DNA of 53,861 nt from Deltaproteobacteria bacterium (lineage in GTDB: Bacteria > Desulfobacterota > Deferrimicrobia > Deferrimicrobiales > Deferrimicrobiaceae): positions 1-53,861 of the forward strand of contig JACRMU010000004.1 in the NCBI GenBank assembly GCA_016219515.1, in the 5' to 3' direction. Of the stretch, positions 1 to 9,015 are shown in pieces. The notes under the pieces are model-generated. The model searched no databases, was not told the DNA's origin, and saw only the letters and a program-made list of their open reading frames with translations. Position 1 is the stretch's first letter, and every line of letters starts with the position of its first letter. A program made the translations under genes and the position numbers.

Positions 1-885
1 GTTGTCGATCTCGTTTGCGTCCGGGTCGATGTCGCGCGGAACCGCCATGTCGATGAAGAACATCGGCCGGTTGCGCCGGATCCGGATGACCGCATCCACG
101 TCTTCTCGCTTCAGGATGAAGTGCGGGGCTCCGGTCGAGGAGAGGATGATGTCGGCGCGCTTCAGGTGGGTGGCCAGCTCCTCGAAGCGCACGGGAGTCC
201 CTTCGAACTCCTCGGCGAGGCGGACGGCGCGCTCGAAGGTCCGGTTCGTGACGAGGATCCCCTTGGCGCCGGCGGAGAGCAGGTGCCTCGCCGCCAGCTC
301 GCACATTTCCCCCGCCCCGATCAGCATCACCGTCTTGTCCGGGAGGTCGCCCAGGATCTTCTTCGCAAGTTCGACGGCGGCGTACGAGACCGAGACGGCG
401 CTGTTCGCGACCCGCGGATCGGTGCGCACCCGCTTGGCGACCGAGAACGCCTTGCTGTAGAACTTGTCCAGGATCGGCCCGATCGTGCGAAATTCGGCGG
501 CGTATCCGTAGGCGTCCTTGACCTGCCCCAGGATCTGCGGCTCGCCCAGCACCATCGAGTCGAGGCTGCTCGAAACCCGGAAAAGGTGCTTTACCGCTTC
601 CTCCCCCTCGTGGTGGTAGAGGTATCCGTTCAGCTCGCGCAGCGGGATCCCGTGGTAGGAAGCGAGAAACTCCTTGACGGCCGCGGTCCCCTTGTAGGAT
701 TCGCCCGCCAGGACGCACACCTCGACACGGTTGCAGGTGGAGAGGATGACCCCTTCCACGACCTCTTCCCTCTCCACCAGCCCCCGGAGCGCGCGCCCGA
801 CCGTTTCCGCCGGAAAGGCGAGCCGCTCGCGGATCTCGACCGGCGCGGTGCGGTGGTTCAATCCCACGATGACGATGTCGCTCAT
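1..885 (-). CDS. hemA: glutamyl-tRNA reductase (N-terminal 295 codons; 3' end runs off the window start)
   Basis: Absent from the ORF track because it has no stop in the window. The reverse complement of 1..885 reads open from ATG (883-885): MSDIVIVGLNHRTAPVEIRERLAF..ILSTCNRVE (catalytic Cys)..LGEPQILGQV..VMLIGAGEMCELAARHL (NADPH Rossmann)..ILSSTGAPHFILK..RPMFFIDMAVPRDIDP. Confidence 0.9.
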   Translation of the reverse strand, partial: MSDIVIVGLNHRTAPVEIRERLAFPAETVGRALRGLVEREEVVEGVILSTCNRVEVCVLAGESYKGTAAVKEFLASYHGIPLRELNGYLYHHEGEEAVKHLFRVSSSLDSMVLGEPQILGQVKDAYGYAAEFRTIGPILDKFYSKAFSVAKRVRTDPRVANSAVSVSYAAVELAKKILGDLPDKTVMLIGAGEMCELAARHLLSAGAKGILVTNRTFERAVRLAEEFEGTPVRFEELATHLKRADIILSSTGAPHFILKREDVDAVIRIRRNRPMFFIDMAVPRDIDPDANEIDN

Positions 886-898
886 CGGAATTCCGAGG

Positions 899-1726
899 CT
901 ACCCGGAGAGACTGGAATAGGTGTGGAGGCCGGGAAGGAGCAGGTTGACCCCCAGGAACGTGAACAGGACCGCGCAGAACCCCACGATCGCCAGGATCGC
1001 CGCCTTCCGCCCCCGCCATCCGACCGTCAGCCGCCCGTGGAGCAGCGCCGCGTAGAGCAGCCACGTGATCAGGGACCACGTCTCCTTCGGATCCCAGCTC
1101 CAGTAGGACCCCCAGGCGTACTCGGCCCAGATGGAGCCGGTGATGATTCCCAGCGTCAGCAGCGGGAACCCGACGGTCAGGCACTTGTAGTTGATCTCGT
1201 CGAGCACGTCCAGCGACGGGAGGCGCTTGAAGATCGCCCCGAGCCGCTTCCGCTTGACCTCCTTTTCCTGAAGGAGGTACATGATCCCCGCGCCGAAGGC
1301 GATGGCGAAGACCGCGTTGCCGACGAAGAGCAGCATGACGTGGATGGGGAGCCAGTACGAGTTGAGGGCAGGCGCAAGGCGGGCGACTTCGCCGGACTGG
1401 AAGGCGGAGAAGACGCTGAAGACGAAGCCCAGCGGAGCGATGAAGGCGCCCAATACCCGGAGGTTGTACCGCAGCTCGGTGACCAGGAACACGGCGACGA
1501 TCGCCAGCGCGAAGAACGAAAGCGACTCGAACAGGTTCGTTATGGGGGTATAGCCCGCCGCGACGTACCTCGCGACGAAACCGACCGCGTGGAGGACGAC
1601 CCCGATGAGGAGGAACATCCTCCCCAGCTTCGCTCCCCTCTCCTTGAGCGTGACGATGAAATACAGGTACAGGAGGGCGCCGACCAGGTAGAAGGCGGTC
1701 GTGACCTTCAGCAGGGCAATGTGCAT
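899..1726 (-). CDS. ccsA: CcsA/HemX-like cytochrome c assembly (heme-handling) membrane protein
   Basis: 275-aa ORF with ATG start. Polytopic hydrophobic protein carrying the Trp-rich WGSYWSWDPKETW (WWD) motif. It ends 13 nt upstream of hemA on the same strand. Confidence 0.85.
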   Translation of the reverse strand: MHIALLKVTTAFYLVGALLYLYFIVTLKERGAKLGRMFLLIGVVLHAVGFVARYVAAGYTPITNLFESLSFFALAIVAVFLVTELRYNLRVLGAFIAPLGFVFSVFSAFQSGEVARLAPALNSYWLPIHVMLLFVGNAVFAIAFGAGIMYLLQEKEVKRKRLGAIFKRLPSLDVLDEINYKCLTVGFPLLTLGIITGSIWAEYAWGSYWSWDPKETWSLITWLLYAALLHGRLTVGWRGRKAAILAIVGFCAVLFTFLGVNLLLPGLHTYSSLSG

Positions 1727-1765
1727 CCGATTATTTTAAACCACGGAACGTGCCGGTAACAAGAA

Positions 1766-2707
1766 CTACTCCATGCCCCCGATCACTCCCAACGGCAGCC
1801 GACTCCCAGCGCGAAGATGTCGCTGTCGCGGTGGATGCCGCTCGCCACGCGGTTCCAGTTGCAACGCGTGAACCAGCGAGCCCCGAACCGGTAGCTTGCC
1901 GTGAGCGAGACGAGGCCCGAGTCCCGCGCCGACACCGAGCGTGAGGCGGCGGTCGAGAAACGCGTCCACCAGCCAGAGCTGGCTTCCGAGCCCGTAACGC
2001 CGGATCTCTTCCCGGTTGTCCTCGTGGATCCACGACAGCGTCCAGTCGAGATTCCGGGAGACCCCTCTGCGGAACTCCACCCCCCCCGCGACGCCCGGAC
2101 GGCTCTCCAGGCTGTTGTGTACCGTCCCCCCGAGGAAGGGCATCACTTCGGTTCCCGTGGTCTTCGAGGGGGAAGCGCCCTGGCCCGGAAAGCGCCCGGG
2201 GGCCTCGCCGCCGGCCTCTTTCCGAAGCCGGTATCCGGCGCCGAAGAGATACTGGCTGGTGACGACATCGTTCGTCGGGTGAACGTGGTTGAATCCGAAA
2301 CGCACGAACCAGGGGGTTTTCGTGTAATAGGTGGCCGTCAGCCCATAGACCGGCGCCCATCCGTGGACGTTCGCGTGTCCCCCTCCCGGCTGCGACTGCG
2401 TGTCGAAATACCGGTAGACCCCTCCCCCGAACGCGATGGAAACCCTGCGATCGAACAACGGGATGCGGCCCCACAGCCGCGCGGCGAAACCGTCCCGGTG
2501 GTGGCCGCTGAGCTGCCCCTCGTTGAGCCACGATCCGGACACGGCGAAGTGGCTCGCGAAGTCCTGCCGGAAGTCGATCTGCCATCCGCGGACCGTCTGC
2601 CCGACATCTACGGACTCCGTCGCCCCGCCGAGAAGGGAAAGTTCCTGGCCGTGGGAAAGGACCGGCAGGAGAAGGAACGGCAGCAGGAGCACCCACCGAG
2701 CGCGCAT
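1766..2707 (-). CDS. secreted / outer-membrane beta-barrel-like hypothetical protein with two related halves
   Basis: ORF 1766..2776 trimmed to the internal ATG (2705-2707) behind a GGGAGA Shine-Dalgarno. Starts MRARWVLLLPFLLLPVLSHG/QE (signal peptide). Gly- and aromatic-rich alternating pattern; no catalytic motif recognised. Confidence 0.55.
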   Translation of the reverse strand: MRARWVLLLPFLLLPVLSHGQELSLLGGATESVDVGQTVRGWQIDFRQDFASHFAVSGSWLNEGQLSGHHRDGFAARLWGRIPLFDRRVSIAFGGGVYRYFDTQSQPGGGHANVHGWAPVYGLTATYYTKTPWFVRFGFNHVHPTNDVVTSQYLFGAGYRLRKEAGGEAPGRFPGQGASPSKTTGTEVMPFLGGTVHNSLESRPGVAGGVEFRRGVSRNLDWTLSWIHEDNREEIRRYGLGSQLWLVDAFLDRRLTLGVGAGLGPRLAHGKLPVRGSLVHALQLEPRGERHPPRQRHLRAGSRLPLGVIGGME

Positions 2708-2787
2708 CGAATCTCCCGCGTCGCGGCAAGAAACCGTCCGCTCCGCATCGAATCGCGATCCCCGGAAACCGGGCAAGCGCGAACGCG

Positions 2788-4080
2788 TTATCGATTACAT
2801 GTTTTCAAGGAATGCGAAGGTCGACCGGCAATCAATTCCTTGTAATTCATCATATGGGTTTCCTGCACGCGCGCCCGGATCCCGTTCATTTCCTCGAAAT
2901 TCTCATCCAGTATCCTGACGATGTTCCCGTCCAGCGACCCTGATTTCACGAGATTGTGAAGGATCGGCATACTTTCGTTGCGCTCCGTGCCGCGTCGATA
3001 GGGGCGGTTTTCGGTAATGGCGGTAAACACGTCCGCCACGCACATGATCCGGGAACCCAGCGAGAGCTCGCTCCCGCTGAGGCGAAACGGGTACCCCTTC
3101 CCGTCGAGCCGCTCATGATGGAAGGCCGCCCAGGCGGCGATATCTTCGAACCCTCCGATCGTCGACAGGATCTGATAGGTATAGTAGGTGTGCGCCCGGA
3201 TCACGTCGAATTCCCCCGGGTCGAGCTTCCCCGGCTTGTCCAGGATGGAGTTCGGAACCGCGACCTTTCCCAGATCGTGGAGAAACCCCGCCACATGCAT
3301 CAACCGGCAGCTTTTTTCGGAAAAATACATTCTTTTCGCCAGTTCCCGGGCCACGGTTCCGACGCCGGCCGAGTGGGTCGCGGTAAACGAGCTGCGGAAA
3401 TCCACGATCTGGCTGAAGATCATCCCGACCTGCTCGAGTTCCCCCAATTGGAGCTCCACTCGGGGCCACGCGATCATGTCCAGAAGCACCCGGTAGATCC
3501 TGGAAGACGAAAAATCGAGCCAGAAAGATTCCTGCACGGCCAGGTCCTGGAAACATTTCACCAGGTCGGGGGAAAACCACGTCCCTTCCAGCCGGGATAT
3601 TTCGCTTCGGACCCCTTTCACCTGATGCAATATGGGCGCGTCCCTGTCGATGAAGCGATCGACGTAATCGGCGAGGTGGATCGCGTTGCTGGACAACCGG
3701 ATCTCCTCGGTCGAGTCCCTCCAATCCTCTTCTTCGCCCCAGGAATAGTGATGATACCGGACATATTCCGACGCCTTGGCGAAATGCGTGCAGCCGCCGA
3801 GGAGGTCGGAACCGAGTTCCGCATGGTTGCTGTGCCTCTCGAAATCGATTTTCATCATGGAGACCTTCTCCTCCACGGAGAGGGCGCCGATATCGTGCAA
3901 TACCGCGGCGTACATCAGATCGGCCAGCGCCGCGGGGCCGTATCCCATGGCGCGCCCCAATCGCAGCGCAATGTAGGCGACGCGCTGTTGATGATCCACG
4001 ACGCTGGAGTGGATCAGGTCCAGCGAATCGGAGAGCGACAAAACGAGGTTGTCGAGCATCACGATCGGATCGCGGATCAT
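2788..4080 (-). CDS. tandem HD-domain / HD-GYP c-di-GMP phosphodiesterase
   Basis: ORF 2788..4356 trimmed to ATG 4078-4080 behind AAGGAGGAAGAGG; the longer form would overlap the upstream gene. The N-terminal HD-like module is degenerate (VLHDIGALS..YHHYSW). The C-terminal module is canonical HD-GYP (FLHDLGKVAVP..HHERLDGKGYP..VADVFTAIT). Confidence 0.85.
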   Translation of the reverse strand: MIRDPIVMLDNLVLSLSDSLDLIHSSVVDHQQRVAYIALRLGRAMGYGPAALADLMYAAVLHDIGALSVEEKVSMMKIDFERHSNHAELGSDLLGGCTHFAKASEYVRYHHYSWGEEEDWRDSTEEIRLSSNAIHLADYVDRFIDRDAPILHQVKGVRSEISRLEGTWFSPDLVKCFQDLAVQESFWLDFSSSRIYRVLLDMIAWPRVELQLGELEQVGMIFSQIVDFRSSFTATHSAGVGTVARELAKRMYFSEKSCRLMHVAGFLHDLGKVAVPNSILDKPGKLDPGEFDVIRAHTYYTYQILSTIGGFEDIAAWAAFHHERLDGKGYPFRLSGSELSLGSRIMCVADVFTAITENRPYRRGTERNESMPILHNLVKSGSLDGNIVRILDENFEEMNGIRARVQETHMMNYKELIAGRPSHSLKTCNR

Positions 4081-4109
4081 GGGTTCCCTCTTCCTCCTTG
4101 CCGGCGGAA

Positions 4110-5471
4110 TCAGTACTGCTCGTCTTTCCACATCTCCTTGGTGAACCTCACGACCTTGTTCCTGCCCGTCTCCTTGGCGTTGTAGAGCGCCACGTCGGCG
4201 AACTTGATCGCCTGCCAGAAGTTCGTCGCATCCGTGGGATACTCCGCCACGCCGAAGCTGATTTCCTTCCGCACGACTCCCCTGGCCGTTTTGACCTTGT
4301 TCTCGCCCACCGCCACGCGGATACGCTCGGCGATCTCCATGGCGGCGTTCTTGCAATCGGGCATAACCACGAGGAACTCCTCCCCTCCGAACCGGATCAC
4401 CAGGTCGCTCGCGCGCACGCTGCGGGCGATCACGGCCGCGGTTTCGCGGAGGACGGCGTCGCCGGCGTCGTGGCCAAAAGTGTCGTTGACCTGCTTGAAA
4501 AAGTCGAGGTCGCCCATGAGAAGGCCGATCGTCGAGCCGTGCCGCTCCGAGGTCGCGATCAGGATATCGGTGTACTCCTCGAGAAAGCGGCGGTTGTGCA
4601 GGCCGGTGAGCACGTCGCGCAGCGACGATTCCCGAAGCGTCTCCGTGAGCCGCTTCGCCTCGATCACCGGAAACGTCTCCTGGATGAACCGGCGCACATG
4701 GCCGACCTTCGTCCCGCTTCCGTCGCGGTCCTCCCCCCGGAACACGAACTGGGCCACTCCGCCCGTCGCCCCGCCGATGATCATCGGGACGCAGACGTGC
4801 TGGACTCCCTCAAGGTTGAAGTGCCGGCACACGCCGGGGAACTCCGCCGACGCGATCGTCTCGCCCGTCTTCTTCGCCCGGCAGAGGTTCGCGTTCACGA
4901 AGATCTCCTCCTTGCAGGCGCTTTCCATGTCGCCGCCCGACGTGAGCGCGCACCGGATGCGGTTCTTGTTGCCGTCGACGTCGTAGATGTTGTAGACGTC
5001 GAGGCCGTGCAGGACGAACTCGTGCCCAAGGCGCAGGTAGACGTCGTCCACCGTGTCGTCCTCCTCGATCACCTTCTTGAAGGTGCCGATCTCGAGGAGC
5101 GACCGGAGCAGGCGGTTCACCTGTTCGGAAAGCGTGCCCACCTCGTCCAGCGAGCGGACGGCGATCGGGGTGCGCAGGTCGATCTCGCCCTCGGCGAGGC
5201 CCTTGATGCACCGCGTCAGCTCTCCGAGCGGTCGGATCAGGGAGCGCGTGATGAGGAAGGTGAAGAGAACCAGGGGGGGGATGGCGAGGAGGGTCGCCAC
5301 GACGACCACGTTCCGGTAGACCGGATCGCGCGCGGCATACGCGCCGAGCGCGCCGATGAGCAGGTACCAGAAGGCGATCGATGTGCAGAAGATCCAGAAC
5401 TTCTGGCGGATCGGACGCCGGAAAAAGACCAAGGAGCGGACAAAGTCCCACAGCGAGGGTGAGGTTGCCAT
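4110..5471 (-). CDS. membrane diguanylate cyclase (TM-HAMP-Cys-rich sensor-GGDEF)
   Basis: 453-aa ORF with ATG start. Two N-terminal hydrophobic segments, a HAMP-like linker (LDEVGTLSEQVNRLL) and a middle module with 5 Cys. GGDEF domain has an intact GGEEF motif and an RxxD I-site (RASD) five residues upstream. Confidence 0.9.
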   Translation of the reverse strand: MATSPSLWDFVRSLVFFRRPIRQKFWIFCTSIAFWYLLIGALGAYAARDPVYRNVVVVATLLAIPPLVLFTFLITRSLIRPLGELTRCIKGLAEGEIDLRTPIAVRSLDEVGTLSEQVNRLLRSLLEIGTFKKVIEEDDTVDDVYLRLGHEFVLHGLDVYNIYDVDGNKNRIRCALTSGGDMESACKEEIFVNANLCRAKKTGETIASAEFPGVCRHFNLEGVQHVCVPMIIGGATGGVAQFVFRGEDRDGSGTKVGHVRRFIQETFPVIEAKRLTETLRESSLRDVLTGLHNRRFLEEYTDILIATSERHGSTIGLLMGDLDFFKQVNDTFGHDAGDAVLRETAAVIARSVRASDLVIRFGGEEFLVVMPDCKNAAMEIAERIRVAVGENKVKTARGVVRKEISFGVAEYPTDATNFWQAIKFADVALYNAKETGRNKVVRFTKEMWKDEQY

Positions 5472-5615
5472 CGATGGCTCCTATCTGAAATCGTGTATTG
5501 CCGCACGTCGGCGTCCCCTATCTTATCGCGGGGACCCGCCGACATATTTAATGAAAATTTCGACGCCGGCAGGGAGACGGCGCATCCGCCGGAGACGCCA
5601 TGGTAGGATGGGCGC

Positions 5616-7181
5616 GTGAGAGACGCCGCGCGCATCTTTCTGGCCGCGTCCCTGCTCGCGGCATCGGCCGTCGCGGGGTGCGCGCCGAAGCTCCCCATCG
5701 AGGAAGGGACGCTGGTCATCGCCCTCCCCGGGGCGCCCACGAGCATCGATCCCCGGCTGGCCACCGACGCCTACGGCGAGCAGATTCTTCAGATAACTCA
5801 CGCCTTTCTGGTCAAGAGGGACACGGCGGGGAACCCGGTCCCCGACCTCGCGGAGAGCTGGGAAGAGAGGTCTCCCACGGAGATCGTCTTCCGGCTGCGC
5901 AAGGGGGCGCGTTTCCACGACGGGCGGGAGGTCACCTCCGCGGACGTCCGGTACACGTTCGAGTGGATCCTCGACCCGAAGAACCGGTCGCCGCACCGGA
6001 TGACCTACGACGCGATCTCCCGGATCGAGACCCCCGATCCGCGGACGGTCGTATTTCAACTGAAGGAACCGTTCGCTCCCTTTCTCGTCGGGATGTCCCG
6101 CGGGATCGTCCCGGCGGGGTCCGGGGCGCGGGGATACAGCCCCGTCCCGGGAGCGGGACCTTACAAGGTCGACGATTTCCGCCCGGACGAGGCGATTTCG
6201 CTCTCCCGGCACGACGGGTATCACGGCCGGACCCCCGCCATCGCGAAGGTCCTGGTGAAGTTCCTTCCGGACAGCAACGTCCGGTTTCTCGAGCTGAAAA
6301 AGGGGAGCGTCAACTTCGTGCTGAACGGCGTGGACCCGGATCTCCTTCCCGCCGCCCTGAAAAACCCGAACCTGGCGATGGAAGAAGCGCCGGGGAGCAA
6401 CGTCTCCTACCTGGGGTTCAACCTGCGGGACCCGATCCTTTCCGACGTCCGGGTGCGGCGCGCCGTCGCGATGGCCATCGACCGGGAGACGATCGTGCGG
6501 ACGATCTGGAAAGGGCATGCCGACCCGGCCGACTCGATCCTGGCGCCCGGCTTCTGGGCGCATGCGGAAGGCCTCCCCCGGATCCGGCACGATCCCGCGG
6601 AGGCGAAGCGTCTCCTCGACCGGGCGGGATACCGCGACCCCGACGGAGACGGCCCGAAGCCCCGTTTCACGCTGACCTTCAAGACGTCGCAGAACGAGCT
6701 GCGCCGCAGGATCGCCGCCGTCCTCCAGGAGCAGCTTCGGCAGGCGGGCATCGCGGTGGAGGTGCAGTCCCTCGAGTGGGGAACGTTCTTCTCCGACATC
6801 AAGAAGGGAAATTTCCAGCTCTACAGCCTCACGTGGGTGGGGATCGCCGACCCCGACATCTACCATTACGCCTTCCACTCCGCGCAGGTTCCCCCGGACG
6901 GCGCAAACCGCGGCCGGTACGCGAACCCGGAGCTCGACCGGCTCGTCCTCGCCGGACGCCGGGAGCCGTCGCGCGCGAAACGGAAGGAAATCTACCGCAA
7001 GGTCCAGCATCTCCTTTCGCGGGACCTGCCGGTGTTCCCCCTCTGGATCAACCGAAACCTCCTCCTGCGGGACCGGCGGCTCGCCGGGTTCGCCATAACG
7101 CCCGACGAAGACTACACGTCGGTGAAAGACCTCCGGATCGAGGGGAGAACAGCGGCCCCGGCAGGAAAGGGCACCCCATGA
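5616..7181 (+). CDS. ABC transporter substrate-binding lipoprotein, family 5 (DppA/OppA/NikA type)
   Basis: 521-aa ORF with GTG start. Lipoprotein signal MRDAARIFLAASLLAASAVAGC (lipobox VAGC). Overall family-5 peptide/nickel binding-protein character. Its stop overlaps the next start (ATGA). Confidence 0.9.
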   Translation: MRDAARIFLAASLLAASAVAGCAPKLPIEEGTLVIALPGAPTSIDPRLATDAYGEQILQITHAFLVKRDTAGNPVPDLAESWEERSPTEIVFRLRKGARFHDGREVTSADVRYTFEWILDPKNRSPHRMTYDAISRIETPDPRTVVFQLKEPFAPFLVGMSRGIVPAGSGARGYSPVPGAGPYKVDDFRPDEAISLSRHDGYHGRTPAIAKVLVKFLPDSNVRFLELKKGSVNFVLNGVDPDLLPAALKNPNLAMEEAPGSNVSYLGFNLRDPILSDVRVRRAVAMAIDRETIVRTIWKGHADPADSILAPGFWAHAEGLPRIRHDPAEAKRLLDRAGYRDPDGDGPKPRFTLTFKTSQNELRRRIAAVLQEQLRQAGIAVEVQSLEWGTFFSDIKKGNFQLYSLTWVGIADPDIYHYAFHSAQVPPDGANRGRYANPELDRLVLAGRREPSRAKRKEIYRKVQHLLSRDLPVFPLWINRNLLLRDRRLAGFAITPDEDYTSVKDLRIEGRTAAPAGKGTP

Positions 7182-8098
7182 GGAGGTACCTCCTCTCGCG
7201 CATGGCGCAGCTCGTTCCCGTCGTCTTCGGCGTCGTGACGATCGTCTTCCTCCTCATTCACCTCATCCCCGGCGACCCCGTGGAGATCATGCTCGGCGAA
7301 AGCGCGGTGGCGGCGCAGAAGGAGGAACTGCGCAGGGACCTGAAGCTCGACCGCCCGATCGCCGCGCAATACGCGGAATTTCTGGGCGGGCTGGCCACGG
7401 GCGACCTGGGCGTCTCCTTCCGGAGCCGCGAGCCGGTGCTGCGCGAGATCCTCTCCCGGTTCCCCGCCACCCTGCTCCTGGCGGCGGCATCGCTCCTCGT
7501 GGCGGTTTCGATCGCCGTGCCCCTGGGAATCCTCTCGGCGATGCGCCGGCGTTCATGGCTCGACCATCTCTCCGCATTCCTGGCGATGCTGGGGCTTTCC
7601 ATGCCCAACTTCTGGCTCGGGCCGCTGCTGATTCTCGTCTTCTCCATCCACCTGGGGCTTTTCCCGGTGGGGGGATACGGCACCGCGAGGCACCTCGTTC
7701 TTCCGGCGCTCACGATGGGGACGGGGATGGCGGCGATCCTGATGCGGATGCTGCGGTCCTCGCTCCTCGAGGAGATCCATCGGGAATACGTCCGTGCGGC
7801 GTCCGCGAAAGGGCTTTCCCGGCGGGCGGCCGTCCTGCGCCACGCCCTCGGGAACTCGTTGATCCCCGTGCTCACGGTCCTCGGGCTGCAATTCGGCGCC
7901 CTGCTCGCCGGCAGCGTCATCACCGAGACGATCTTCTCCTGGCCGGGGATCGGCCGGCTCACCATCCAGGCGATCGACGCCAGGGACTACCCGCTCGTCC
8001 AGGGATGCGTCCTGTTCATCGCCCTGTGCACCGTGGCGGTGAACCTTGCGACGGACCTGCTCTATTCCCGCCTCGACCCGAGGATCCGGTATGAGTGA
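7178..8098 (+). CDS. ABC peptide transporter permease (DppB/OppB type)
   Basis: This is the last 306 codons of track ORF 5600..8098. ATG at 7178 overlaps the binding-protein stop. Starts MRRYLLSRMAQLVPVVFGVVTIVFLLIHLIPGDP and carries the EAA loop REYVRAASAKGLSRRAAVLRHALGNSLIP. Confidence 0.9.
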   Translation: MRRYLLSRMAQLVPVVFGVVTIVFLLIHLIPGDPVEIMLGESAVAAQKEELRRDLKLDRPIAAQYAEFLGGLATGDLGVSFRSREPVLREILSRFPATLLLAAASLLVAVSIAVPLGILSAMRRRSWLDHLSAFLAMLGLSMPNFWLGPLLILVFSIHLGLFPVGGYGTARHLVLPALTMGTGMAAILMRMLRSSLLEEIHREYVRAASAKGLSRRAAVLRHALGNSLIPVLTVLGLQFGALLAGSVITETIFSWPGIGRLTIQAIDARDYPLVQGCVLFIALCTVAVNLATDLLYSRLDPRIRYE

Positions 8099-8939
8099 AC
8101 GGGGCCCGGCCTCCCGCGGGCGCATCGCGGCGCGGTTCCTCCGGCACCGGGGAGCGGCGGCGGGGCTCGCCGTCGTGGCGGCGCTTCTCCTCGTCGCGCT
8201 GCTGGCGCCCCTCCTCTCCCCTTTCGACCCCAACGCCCAGGACCTCGACTCCGGGCTGTCCGGCGCCTCCGCCTCCCACTGGCTGGGCCAGGACAAGCTC
8301 GGCAGGGACCTGCTCTCCCGCCTGCTCCACGGATCGCGGATCTCGGTCTCCGTCGGTCTCGGCACGGTCGCCGTCTCCCTTTCCATCGGCCTCCTCGCGG
8401 GATGCGCATCGGGATTCTACGGAGGACGGACGGACCATCTCTTCATGCGGCTGTGCGACGTGCTGATGGCCTTCCCGGGGATCCTCCTGGCGATCGCGAT
8501 CACCGCGGTCCTTGGCCCCTCTTTGCGCAACGTGCTGATCGCGCTGTCGCTCCTCGGATGGGTCGGCTACGCCCGGCTCATCCGGGCGCAGGTGATGAAG
8601 GTGAAGGAGATGGAGTTCGTGGAATCGGCGCGCGCGTCGGGGAGCCCCCCCGCCAGGATCCTGGTTTCCCACGTTTTGCCGAACGCGCTTTCCCCCATCA
8701 TCGTGGAATCGACGTTCGGGATCGCCCGCGCCATCGTCGCGGAGGCGGGCTTGAGCTTCCTGGGCCTGGGCGTCGCGCCTCCGGCGCCGTCCTGGGGGGC
8801 GATGATCAACGAGGGGAGGCATTTCCTTTTCGTCGCGCCGCACGTCGCCGCCGTGCCCGGGCTGGCGATCATGGCGACGGTGATGGCATTCAACCTGATC
8901 GGAGACGGATTGCGGGACGCGATGGACGTGCGGGATTGA
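8091..8939 (+). CDS. ABC peptide transporter permease (DppC/OppC type)
   Basis: ORF 8046..8939 trimmed to ATG 8091, which gives an 8-nt overlap with the upstream stop. HWLGQDKLGRDLLSRL N-terminal motif and EAA loop EFVESARASGSPPARILVSHVLPNAL. No ATPase gene follows. Confidence 0.9.
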   Translation: MSERGPASRGRIAARFLRHRGAAAGLAVVAALLLVALLAPLLSPFDPNAQDLDSGLSGASASHWLGQDKLGRDLLSRLLHGSRISVSVGLGTVAVSLSIGLLAGCASGFYGGRTDHLFMRLCDVLMAFPGILLAIAITAVLGPSLRNVLIALSLLGWVGYARLIRAQVMKVKEMEFVESARASGSPPARILVSHVLPNALSPIIVESTFGIARAIVAEAGLSFLGLGVAPPAPSWGAMINEGRHFLFVAPHVAAVPGLAIMATVMAFNLIGDGLRDAMDVRD

Positions 8940-9015
8940 CCCGGCACGGCGACTCGATGGTATGATATGCGATATTTTTCCTGATGATCCAAAGTCGGAG
9001 GAAGGAGGGCACGGT

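Noticed and set aside
4081-4356. The longer TTG-initiated N-terminus of the HD-GYP ORF.
   Set aside because: It would overlap the 3' end of the cyclase gene, is Arg/Gly-rich, and precedes a good SD+ATG at 4080.
5600-7177. The first 526 codons of the 832-aa track ORF 5600..8098.
   Set aside because: This is an alternate-frame read-through of the binding-protein gene (Arg/Pro/Gly-rich). The real permease starts at ATG 7178, which overlaps the binding-protein stop.
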